NCBI GenBank assembly: GCA_965112155.1
Contig: OZ218104.1
Source of the DNA: Podarcis liolepis
Lineage: Eukaryota
DNA: 64,000 bases
Direction: 5' to 3' (one strand)
Numbering within the stretch: the first letter of the stretch is position 1; each line of letters opens with the position of its first letter. The notes beneath the pieces were generated by a model. That model was given only the letters and a program-made list of their open reading frames with translations. It ran no database searches and was not told the DNA's origin. The translations under genes were made by a program, and so were the position numbers. Positions 25,701 to 35,500 of the stretch are shown here, one piece after another.

Positions 25701-26580
25701 CTAGTTCTCACAAAAGAGCCAATGAGGAACTAGGGAGAAGCTTCAGGAGCTAACACTTAGTTGGTCCACTGCCATCTGAAGCTGTCCTGCCCAGCAACCA
25801 GGAAGAAAGTGGCTTGTCCCCGTTGCAGCAGTAGCAAGTCACTGCTGGCAATGTAACAAACACTCTAAGCTTTGCCCCTCTTATCCACATGTAGAGTAGG
25901 ACTTCCAGTGTTGATTAGAGGGTTCACATGGTTTGAAAGGCAGCTGTTAAGGTGGTTGCAATGATTCCATGCAAGGATCCTTTTCTGGATGGAGGAGCAT
26001 TCATCTCCACAAATCTGCAGCCAGTCTGCAGTGGTGAAGCCTAGAATCACGTTTCCCACTCTCACATTATATTGAGAAGCAGTCTTCCACATTCTGAAAG
26101 CAGCATAGTGCTAATTAATGTTGCCAGACACAATCCCATGAGGGTACCTATTCTCAGCGGGACCTTGATATTCCTGCATCATGTCTTTCATACTGGCACG
26201 CGGTGTGACTTTCCCCATGCCTTACTTAATCTATTCTCTTTTACAGAGTTCTGCTAGAACGATTGATTGTAAATAGGCCTCACCCATGGGGTCTCCTTAT
26301 TACCTTCATCGAGCTGATTAAAAACCCAGCATTTAAGTTCTGGAATCACGAGTTTGTCCATTGTGCTCCAGAAATTGAAAAGTGAGTAATTTTAAACAGT
26401 TAGTTGTTCAGTGTATTTGGGGGACTCAGACCTAGGAACTCTGGTACTTGCAGAGGAGAGGAAGTTGTGCCTTGAAATTAAGTTTATTCTCCTTGTTGTA
26501 GGTTGTTCCAGTCTGTTGCGCAATGTTGTATGGGGCAAAAACAGGCACAACAAGTAATGGAAGGAACTGGAGCTAGTTAG
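1..26580 (+). CDS. CNOT1: CCR4-NOT transcription complex subunit 1, 3' part (29 coding exons, 5' end outside window)
   Basis: Spliced translation matches vertebrate CNOT1 (MIF4G, CNOT9-binding DUF3819 and NOT1 C-terminal domains) and ends [13 protein letters not shown]. All introns are GT-AG except one GC-AG, and phases are consistent. Confidence 0.98.
1745..1980 (+). mobile_element. CR1-like LINE 3' remnant
   Basis: Ends gatgggcctttgtcctaattcagcaggttcttcttgtgtcc; related reverse copies at ~46015-46240 and ~46850-47000. Confidence 0.6.
2171..2249 (+). CDS. CNOT1: CNOT1 exon
   Basis: [26 protein letters not shown]; ag/gt. Confidence 0.95.
3352..3588 (+). CDS. CNOT1: CNOT1 exon
   Basis: [12 protein letters not shown]...SFKKDVP; ag/gt. 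Confidence 0.95.
4270..4410 (+). CDS. CNOT1: CNOT1 exon (GC donor)
   Basis: [12 protein letters not shown]...SNMTQK; donor AAG|gcaagt. Confidence 0.93.
5378..5557 (+). CDS. CNOT1: CNOT1 exon
   Basis: [12 protein letters not shown]...TYRNIK. Confidence 0.95.
6324..6440 (+). CDS. CNOT1: CNOT1 exon
   Basis: [12 protein letters not shown]...KPILHT. Confidence 0.95.
6639..6749 (+). CDS. CNOT1: CNOT1 exon
   Basis: [12 protein letters not shown]...ESSVRSV. Confidence 0.95.
7209..7286 (+). CDS. CNOT1: CNOT1 exon
   Basis: [26 protein letters not shown]. Confidence 0.95.
7571..7748 (+). CDS. CNOT1: CNOT1 exon
   Basis: [14 protein letters not shown]...ELPPITTT. Confidence 0.95.
8225..8355 (+). CDS. 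CNOT1: CNOT1 exon
   Basis: [11 protein letters not shown]...HITLNPT. Confidence 0.93.
8481..8777 (+). CDS. CNOT1: CNOT1 exon
   Basis: [13 protein letters not shown]...SFATALR. Confidence 0.95.
10425..10565 (+). CDS. CNOT1: CNOT1 exon
   Basis: [10 protein letters not shown]...DKRLAT. Confidence 0.94.
10648..10752 (+). CDS. CNOT1: CNOT1 exon
   Basis: [12 protein letters not shown]...EQIRLK. Confidence 0.95.
10856..10975 (+). CDS. CNOT1: CNOT1 exon
   Basis: [12 protein letters not shown]...LAQPMK. Confidence 0.95.
11472..11663 (+). CDS. CNOT1: CNOT1 exon
   Basis: [12 protein letters not shown]...ALGLLQK. Confidence 0.95.
12247..12389 (+). CDS. CNOT1: CNOT1 exon
   Basis: [11 protein letters not shown]...CNKQIT. 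Confidence 0.95.
13852..13960 (+). CDS. CNOT1: CNOT1 exon
   Basis: [12 protein letters not shown]...DLHLAQ. Confidence 0.95.
14051..14220 (+). CDS. CNOT1: CNOT1 exon
   Basis: [11 protein letters not shown]...RGNAPE. Confidence 0.95.
15474..15705 (+). CDS. CNOT1: CNOT1 exon (alternative donor at 15726)
   Basis: [12 protein letters not shown]...SAFVGQ. Confidence 0.94.
18174..18422 (+). CDS. CNOT1: CNOT1 exon
   Basis: [11 protein letters not shown]...INLLNK. Confidence 0.95.
18977..19140 (+). CDS. CNOT1: CNOT1 exon
   Basis: [13 protein letters not shown]...QTLTAF. Confidence 0.95.
20279..20396 (+). CDS. CNOT1: CNOT1 exon
   Basis: [14 protein letters not shown]...HTPQQK. Confidence 0.95.
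21859..21960 (+). CDS. CNOT1: CNOT1 exon
   Basis: [13 protein letters not shown]...MQILYK. Confidence 0.95.
22231..22404 (+). CDS. CNOT1: CNOT1 exon
   Basis: [13 protein letters not shown]...FTPNLK. Confidence 0.95.
22745..22935 (-). repeat. (AAT)n/(TTA)n microsatellite plus L2-like LINE/SINE 3' tail
   Basis: About 15 AAT units next to the minus-strand tail gccgccctgagcccggcttcggctggggagggcgggatataaat; similar tail on + at ~4990-5060. Confidence 0.7.
23516..23665 (+). CDS. CNOT1: CNOT1 exon
   Basis: [12 protein letters not shown]...LRSNLQ. Confidence 0.95.
24453..24633 (+). CDS. CNOT1: CNOT1 exon
   Basis: [12 protein letters not shown]...VDLDTE. Confidence 0.95.
25529..25661 (+). CDS. CNOT1: CNOT1 exon
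   Basis: [16 protein letters not shown]...IQEQIT. Confidence 0.95.
26247..26381 (+). CDS. CNOT1: CNOT1 exon
   Basis: [15 protein letters not shown]...CAPEIE. Confidence 0.95.
26502..26580 (+). CDS. CNOT1: CNOT1 last coding exon
   Basis: [25 protein letters not shown]. Confidence 0.96.
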
Positions 26581-27552
26581 AGAAAGCAACCACCCTGGAA
26601 ATTGTGCCAGCCTGGAGATCTCCATCCCATCAAGCTGACAGAATAATGTGTGTGGGTCTAGCCAGACCTTGGAGGCTGCCTCTCCCTCCCCCATGTTGGG
26701 CTTACATCACAGATCTTTGTGTGAGAAATCTCCTCCTCTGTGGGCATGTTCCAAAGTTTTAAAAACAAAAGTTTTGACTCTTGGCCAAAATTCAGAAGAT
26801 GCTGTGAATATAATTTCAAACTATTGTAAATATACAGAACAGAAATATTTGTCTGAACTTTGGGTTTGTGCGAATTGTGTTTCAAGAGAGGCACATACTG
26901 TGTGCCTGACCAGCCTGTAATAGAAGTGGTGGCTGCTGATGCCAAGTGTTTTGTCTGGGGCAGATCTGCTCTCCTGACATTCCCAGACTCCCAAAGAATA
27001 TGGAAAAGCCAGTTTAAATATTATGTAACTTATTTTTCTTGTGGGTGGGAGACCTGTAAATCACAAAGTTGTCAAAGAGGGGGGAAATGGATGCATTGGA
27101 GCACAGGATCCTACAGTATATGGGGGACTGGGTGGGGGAAAGTTAGGATTAGGGTCCAGTATATTGCTTTTCCCAGTATCAAATGCTGCCAGCAAGAGGC
27201 ACGAACGTTGGAGCGGAGGACTTCCTTTGTTTTGATTGGCAAAGATATACTTTGGGCCCTTTGGGAGAGGGCTAGTGGGTTTAGCAAAGGAAACAAGAGA
27301 CCAGGCCTGTAGATTTTCTTTCTTGACACTTGTAAATTTTGGGATGGGGAGGATGTGAATCTGTTAACTGCTCCCCTGTGGCCACAAAGTTTGAGTTTGT
27401 AAAAAGAACAAAAAGGACCAATACAGCCCATTTTGTAAGGATTTTGAATGTTTTGTAAATGTATTGGTCCACGTGTTGTATTTTGTAGCCTTTCTAGTTC
27501 TCTTGGGCTTTAGTTCTCCCACTTCTTGTATGTATGCATTCTGTAGTTAAAC

Positions 27553-27558
27553 ATTAAA
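27553..27558 (+). terminator. Probable CNOT1 polyadenylation signal (ATTAAA)
   Basis: ATTAAA about 970 nt after the stop, with TGTA-rich sequence upstream and GT/T-rich sequence downstream. Confidence 0.65.
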
Positions 27559-28082
27559 GTCATGAAACAGCACATGTCCATGTTTTCTCATTATCTATGA
27601 CGAATGTTGTTAATGTTCTTCACTGCTTATATTTTCAACATAAATCTAATTCCTTTTTATACGATCAAGGTGCAGTACATCAATCTAATATATTGCTACT
27701 TTAATTAACAATGTTTAACTGCTATCTTAAGAGGATAAAATTGAGGCATCAGTAAAATGTAAGCAAGAATCCTATTCTTGCTGATTCCCTGGGCAGTTAA
27801 GTGGGCTTCCAATAAGGGGAGTTAAAAAAACAACAACCTAGGAGCTTTCACTTAGTGCACATGTTCAGGCCTAGAGATGGTACCTCCAAGTGAGCAACCA
27901 AAAGGCCAGAGCAGGATGTACACTAGGTGGCCCTTCTACCTTCAGATCGAGGATTTACGGGGGAGAGAATACTCTGTAAATAGAACTGTCCAGTACACCA
28001 TTTGACCCCATTCATCCTTAACTCCTCAAAGTGTCCATTAAAGTGGCAATAACAGGTTTCTCACTTATCAATACAAATACAT

Positions 28083-28088
28083 TTTATT
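28083..28088 (-). terminator. Probable SETD6 polyadenylation signal (AATAAA); second candidate at 28774-28779
   Basis: tttatt on the + strand, about 1.1 kb downstream of the SETD6 stop. Confidence 0.5.
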
Positions 28089-29183
28089 GTTTAAAAACTC
28101 CAAGCCTAGTCAAACTATACATCTATGCAGCTCATCTGGCCAGAGGTGAGATGGGAAGAAGGTTGGAAAAAGTAAAAGATTCTACAAAGGCATTCAAAAT
28201 GTAAAATATAATAATAATAGACTTAACAATGAAAATGTTTTTAGGAACATTTTTTCAACTTCAAATAAGCATGAAAACTCCCAGGGATGAGGAAGAGCAT
28301 CTAGACAGTAAGCAAGTGAAACATGTTAATCTTTGTTCAGCAGCGCAGACATCTGCACCTAGAGTGCTAGATCTGATCACAGTCCTTCGGGAGAGGGGGA
28401 CATCCCAGATGACTAATGCCATATTTACTGGGTCTCACAGGTGTTGTAAACTTGGCCATCTTCCCAGCTGATTTAATGTACAGGGGGTCCTAAGAGGTGG
28501 GGAAACTGGCTTTCCAGGTGTCCTTTGACTCCAACTTCCATTAGTCTCAGCTGGCATGGCCTGGCCCATAATGGTCAGGGATGATTGGAGTTGTCCAAAC
28601 GCATCTACAGAAACACAGATTCCCCAGTTGTGTAAATTCTGTGCTGTGTAAATTGGTAGCCTTAAACATACAGAACAAGGATTGAGTGACTTCCTAGGTT
28701 TCCCAACCTTAAGGATAATTGTTGGAGGCCACTTTAGATGCAAAACATTCCAAAAAAAGGAGCTTCAAACACATTTATTGAATTGGCAGGCACTACTGGC
28801 TCATACGGCTAAAGATAAATTAGATAAAATTAATGAAGGCCACAGTAGCTGCACTATAACTTAAATGGACTTAAAAGTCCTAAATGGAATGTCTTGTGCA
28901 CAGACAGCATCTCCTGGAGTACCCATTAAGAAGCAAGCCACAATGAAGGCTTGTGGCCTTCAGGTTCCAATTTCTCAAAAACAACACTAGGAAGATGTTT
29001 GCCCTCCTATATTTCCCACTGCTATGTCCTTCAGATTCAGAAACAAATACTGTCTTTTGCTACCTGTGGGTGTATTTGATACTCACAGAAACACATTTTA
29101 ATATAAAAATAAATACCTCTGCCTTTATAGAAACCTTTAGCTAAGCCTCCCAGGCCAACAGCACTTGCCTTCCTCAGCTGCAG

Positions 29184-29501
29184 CTAGCTTGTTAGCTCCA
29201 GCAACTGGTGCAAAATCATCTTCTGGCCATAACGCACTTGCAGGGCAAACTTCTCCCGGGAGCTTAGTTTTGAATAAGCTTGAGGGTCTCTGAGCATTTC
29301 TTCCTCTGCTTTTAAGTCTGAGCTGTATGACTTCAGGGTTAGCAGTGTAGCATCAAAGAGCAGCTTCTTCCAGGAGGTTTCAAGCCTTGGTATAGTAGTA
29401 TTTGAGAGCATCAGGAACATAGCACCATCCTCGCCTGCTTTGGGTTCCTGGGTCTCTTGCTCCTTAAACTCCTTGAACTCATCTGCAGACATAGTCAGCA
29501 C
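29184..29501 (-). CDS. SETD6: SETD6 last coding exon
   Basis: [12 protein letters not shown]...[17 protein letters not shown]. Confidence 0.95.
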   Translation of the reverse strand: MLTMSADEFKEFKEQETQEPKAGEDGAMFLMLSNTTIPRLETSWKKLLFDATLLTLKSYSSDLKAEEEMLRDPQAYSKLSSREKFALQVRYGQKMILHQLLELTS

Positions 29502-32500
29502 CTACGGCCACAAAGAACTGGGATTATTGAAAGCTACCTTCTTGGTCTCTTAAGTAACTTCAATGCATCAACAGCCCCACAGATGTTGGTAAACATTCTC
29601 CAAAAGGGATCCTGCTGTTGCTTCTCAGGATTTAAATCTATGGACCTTCCCCTCTCCCAAGTTAAGTCACATTCTGGAAGAGATTCATAATACAATGAAG
29701 TAAATTTGTGAGAGCATCTTGCAAAACATTAAAATACGACGTTTACATAATTGGGGGGGACGGGACACTTGCTAGTTTCCATAGGCAGAATTTGGAGGAA
29801 CAGCAGACACAAGTCATTCAAAATGTTTTGAAATTAAGTTTCCATTGAGACAACTGGAACAGGCAGCAAGAAATATAAATGTGTATAAAGGAACACAGCA
29901 TTTAATCCATGTATGTAACTTGGTTAGTGATTATGTTCAAATCAAAAGAAACTACCATGGTACCTTGGTACTTGCAACAGCTTGGCTCCCGAACACTGCA
30001 AACCCGAAAGTAAGTGTTCCGGTTTGCAAACATTTTTCGGAAGCCAAACATCCAACGCAGCTTCCGCTTGAGTGCAGGAAGCTCCTGCAGCCAATCGGAA
30101 GCCATGCCTTTGTTTTCGAACGGTTTCGGGAGTGGAACTGACTCCTGGAATGGATTGAGTTTGAGAACCAAGGCACCACTGTATATATTAGTACTAAAAC
30201 TGTCCTTTGACAAGCACCTGCAGGAAATTTGGCAGACTATTTAGAGCTCAAGGTCAGTGAGGCTGTTTGCCCCCAAAAGCCACAGAGAAAGAAGTCCCAA
30301 GGGATGGAAGCAGAATCTCTAGCCACATTTCTCCCTTTCCTGGGAACAATGACAGCACCACAGAAGATACGTCATTGCCACACAGCATAAAAAGTTCAGA
30401 CCTTCCCCATTCATTCCACTACAGAATATACCGCTGATTACATGGGGAAGGGGTGGTTGCATAAAGAGAGAACATGGTGGAAGCTGCCTGGGACTTCAGC
30501 AGAAAGCAACAACTTGTCTCAGTGGAAGAATTGGCACGCCATGTAGCAGAACTTGTGAGAGGTGGAATGAAGGCTTCTTCCTACATTTTCTAAATCCTGT
30601 CCATTAAAATAGGCAGCAGTAGCAGGCCAAGAGTACATGTGCACATCTTCACCCTGGTCCAGCAAGTGAGCCAGTCCCTGGAGGAAAGAGAAGCACACTT
30701 GCCCAACTAATAGCTTCTCCATCGCTAGCTGTGCCCTTAGGAGGCGTCTCAGAACCCAGGGATAGGGAGGGCTTGCACAAAAACATCAAAGCACACAGAC
30801 AGCCCCCAGAGCGACATCTGTAGTGGAGACAAGCCCTGGAAAGTCTTCAAAATGACCAGTGCATTGTGCTGCCCCCAGCAAAAAACAAAGCACAGCTGCC
30901 CCCCCCCCCGCAATCTACAGACTGACCGAGGAATTTGCTCCTTACCCAACCAGCTAAGACTGAAGCACTCTTCTCCTATTCTGGGGCTGCAATGCCCAGG
31001 TGCCAAAGTGGCATAAGCAAGCCCCCAAGCAACCTCAAGCCTCCCTGCCTGCCACGGGAAGAAGCCTTCACAAGTCACACCTCCACTGACCAACAGAGAG
31101 GAGTTGTCCTCCCTCCATCTAAACTGAAAGAATCTTCAGATTAAGTCCAACATGTCACCCCTGTAAAGTAAAACTCTTGTCAACTGCTTAAGTAAAGCAG
31201 CAAGCATGTACGGGAGTAAAATGGCCTCCCAGGAGTCTAATGGCGCAGCAACCAGTCAGAGCCCTCACCTTCAACGCCATGGCCAGCTCTTCTTCAGTTA
31301 AGACTCTCTCCCAGCCGATCACAAAAGCCCCTTCCTCACCCACCATCTCCATCTGGCAGAGGAAGTCCCACTGCTCCAAGACCAGCTGCCGTTGAGCTTC
31401 TGTCTTTGTAGCTGGTGGAGGGAGAGGGAGACAAAAGCAGGTGCAGGTTCAACAGGCAGCAGAGGGAGCATTGGCTGCAGTCAAAAGCTGAAGCGCATCA
31501 TTTCGTCTAATCCAGTGTAGTGCCGCAGCTAACAGTGCCTGGCAGGGGCCAGAGAGGCCCAGCTTCAAGTCCTCACTCAGTCCCAACAAGACTTTGGATT
31601 GCATACTCAGCCTAACTTGTCCCACAGAGTTGTGAAGGGGGGGGGGAGAGGAGAGGGTGAGACTAAAAACCTTGAATGCCATCCAGAGCATCATGGAGGA
31701 AAGTTCCATGCCTTCAGATTATTTTGTTTTAAATTGGCATTATGACCCAGGAGGCGTTATGCAAAATTGGGAAGCAAAGTAATCAAGCTGTTCTGCTCTG
31801 GATGCCACCAGCAGCTGCAGAAGTCACATACAAACACCTGTATTTAAATGCAGCCTCCGCCTAATTAAAAACACAGCTGGAAAAAGCAACACAAGGTGAC
31901 AGACAGATGGATTTTCAGATATCCTCTTACTCTGCTGATTTATGTTTCTTTTTTAAAAAAGTGTCTCCTGTCCAGCCTCTTGCCTTGCAGTGCTGCTTTG
32001 CATAGTGTCAGCATCTGGATGTCAGCAGCATCGTTTGTGTTGCCAGGATACGGTTCAGCAAAGCCATACATGTGGAGGAGCTGCCAGTTTGCCATCTCCC
32101 CGTAAGTGTTGAAGATCTCTTGGCCTTTGCAGATGGACTGAGTTGCAACCATTTTCAATACCTCCTGCAGACAAAAGAGGGAAGTAAAACTTGGCAGATC
32201 CTGTCCAGCCCTGAGAATCTCCCAAGAAAAAGTTTTCATCTGCCCCACTCATCTCCTGCAGTTTTCTCCATTCCTGCAATGTGTGCAACAGATGAGGAAT
32301 AGAAAAAGGGATGCAGTTGGAGGAGGAAGACAGAAGGTAGAGTAGCAGACGTCTTCCCTGTTTTTCATTCTTAGGAAGCATTGCCTTACACTCCCCAGCA
32401 TTCCCCTGAAATACACCAAATTTGCTGTGAATGCTCTTCAAAGACAAGAGAAAATTCTGGAGAGGGATGTAAGAAAGCAGAGCTTCCCACCCATCTGCTG

Positions 32501-35500
32501 CCGAGAAAGGACACTGTGGAAAGGCTGCATGAGGGCTGGGGGAGCTTTTTAGCTCAATGGGTCAAACTGTTCTCTCTCCAACCCCTTTTGGGCCTGGCAA
32601 CCCCATGGCATCACAGGGGTCTTCAGAAGTCCTTCTCAAAGCTCTATTTCATGCAGCACTTTGAAATAGGCTTTGTAGGCCCTGTCAACCAGCTGATCAG
32701 TAGTGCCTGCAAGGTCCCTTTTGGCTGAACCAGGCCTTTACCTACCCCCTATATGCTCCCCAAAGGAGAAGCAATACCCTAAGGAACCATTGCAGGTGAT
32801 GGGCCTGATAGGTGAGACCCATGCATGCCCAAATACAGCTGCTTCCAAAGTGATGAAAACAGAATCCAAGCACCAAAAATCAAGGGTGCGCCTGAGATCT
32901 GAATCAAGGGTGTGCCTTTTTACCCAACAACAGACCTGTAAATTTTTTCATTAAGATTTTTTGCAGGTTTGATTTCAGGGACTGTGATGAGGGGAACAAG
33001 AAACAACAGCTTCTTACTCAAGCAGTCCCTCTCACTTAGCGATCTAGGAAGGGATTTTCTCAAGCCTATGAAAAGCAATTGCATGACCTTGTGTCAGTCA
33101 TGTTGCTGCCGCCCAAGGATTCCTACTGGTACTTGGGAGCTAGAGAAAATGTACTTGGTTTAATTTCCTGCATTTCAGCTCCCCAAACAGCTTCAATTTA
33201 AATTCCACAAGGTACAATGTAAGCCATGCTCTAGGTTCTTCTCCCCAGAGGGAGGAGAAGAGAACAAAGTTCCAAAGGGGGCAGAGATTCTGTCTTCTAC
33301 TCTACACAACTATTCTTTCTCCTTTCCTTTCATCCTTGGCTCTCCACAATGACATATTTCACTGATTAACCAAACAGGAGAAGCAGCTAAGCTACAATCA
33401 GCTGAAGCTATGAGCTAAGCATCCCCATTATGCCGAAGGACACAGAGAGGGCACACATAGATCTAAACCTTCTTCACCTGTCTTCCAAAGACAATCACAA
33501 CAAATAATTCCTACTGCAGAATGGAATGACACCTTTGTCATTTTCTTATGGCAGGAATTCTCAGTCTGCATCACAGTGAGTCTCCCCTGAGCAATAAATG
33601 AACCATCTGAGCCTTCCAGTACTGGGAGTAAACTCTGCACATTCCTCAAGGCAAAAGGAAGATGGGCAGAGTTGACACAAGGCTCTCTTTCTCCAGGCAA
33701 AAATCCCAGCAGGTCAAGCAGCTACAGATGGCATGTCCTGCTTTTCCTTATGGAATCAGAAACTGCTGCAAGAAGGCCTTTTGGCTAAGATCAAGTGTAG
33801 TGTAGGAATTGTTCCTTTGGCCACTGCAGAGCTGTATCGAGGACAAAGAGTCCTCTGGTCTGAACAAGTCATAACACACATAATGGGGACTGTGGCTCAG
33901 ACATCTCCAGGAAAAAAACACTTGGCCCTTTGAAATTCACACCTCAGGGAATAGATGTGAAAGACTGGGGGAGGTTGGCGTACACACACGTACACACACA
34001 GGGGCTCAACTAAATTTAAGCTCTGTATGCTCTGCTCACCGGCGAATATTCCAAGTTGGCATTGTGGTCAGCCACGTGATTCAAGAGATCTGCCATGGGC
34101 ACCATCACTGGGGGATTGGGCTCCTCCTCATCTTCCTCTTCTTCATCCAAAGGCTCCTGGAAACTGGTGGGGAACAAAGCAGGGAGATACTAAACCGAGG
34201 CAGCTTTAAGTATAGCCAAATTATGTTGAGGTTGGTGAGACGGAAAGAGATGCACATGGCTCTGAAAATGGCTACTAGTTCAGAAACTGCAACACACAAT
34301 CCAAGAACTGCCCCTGAACTCAATCTGAGCTTTACTTTAAAGAGCCTCATCTAGGGTGCCCAAGCAGCATAGAACAGCCCTTTTCAACCTTGGGTCCCCA
34401 AATGTGGTTGGACTAAAAAAACCCAACATACCTAGTGAGAAGGACCAGCACTTAGGGATGATAGGAGTTATGGTCCAACAACATCTGGGGACCTGAGGTT
34501 GAGAAAGGTTGTTCTAGGCTGCTTGGGCACCCTAGATGAGCCTCTTTAAATTCAAGCTCTGGGAGCTGCAGGACATTACAGTTTAAAAGTGGAGCATCTT
34601 TCTTCAGTAAAACCTAAGTCTGCTCCTATTTGTTCATTTGTATATTCCTGCCTCAACATACCAGTTTACAGGCTCAACTATAAAGACAGTCTGTAGAGCA
34701 GGGATGCGGAACCATTTCCAGTCTGAGGGCCGCATTCTCTACAGGTGCAACCTAGGAAGGGCCAGAGGCAAAAGGTGGCAGAGCGAAGGATAGAAAGCTT
34801 AACTTCCCACCGGAGGCTCGTTTCTACACATACTCCCTCAAACCCCGTCCTTCATCCAAGCAAACAAGAAGCATTATCAGAGTTCAAAGACACATTCCAG
34901 CCTGGGGAAGAGTGCCAAGGGCCAGCAGAGGGCCAGGTAGGCACATTTGGCCTCTGGGCCTGTGGTTCCCCATCCCTGCTGTGGTTTATGCAAGGAAAGT
35001 TCCAACTGTCCAAGGCCAGAGATGTGGAAAGGAAGAGAGGCACAGCAGTGACACTTCTCTTCTTTGTTGATAGGCAACTTTTGCTTTTCTGCCTTCTCAG
35101 TTCACCAAAAACTGAACCCCATCTGGGACTCCTCTATCAACTCACTTCCTACATATATTTAGTTTCTCAACCTGAATGCCTCTCAGGTGCCATCTCTTTA
35201 AACTCCAAACCAGTGTCCCAGTGGAAAGCAACAGTACACACCCTGCTCGCCCCTTGGCAGTTTAGAGAGTGACCACTCATGGCTTCCACCTTTTCTCTCT
35301 CTCACCTGTATGCCATGACGAAGGCCACCAGCTTCTTGTAGAGCTCCAGAGTGTGCACCTCAGGGTCAAATATATCTGGGTGGGCCTTCAGGAAAGGCAG
35401 GATGATGGTGGAATACTCTGTCTGGATATTGGCCAAGTCCTTGTCCACAGCTTCTGGAATCCCTGTTCCTTGCAGAAGTCTCATCTGCTCTTCTTTACTC

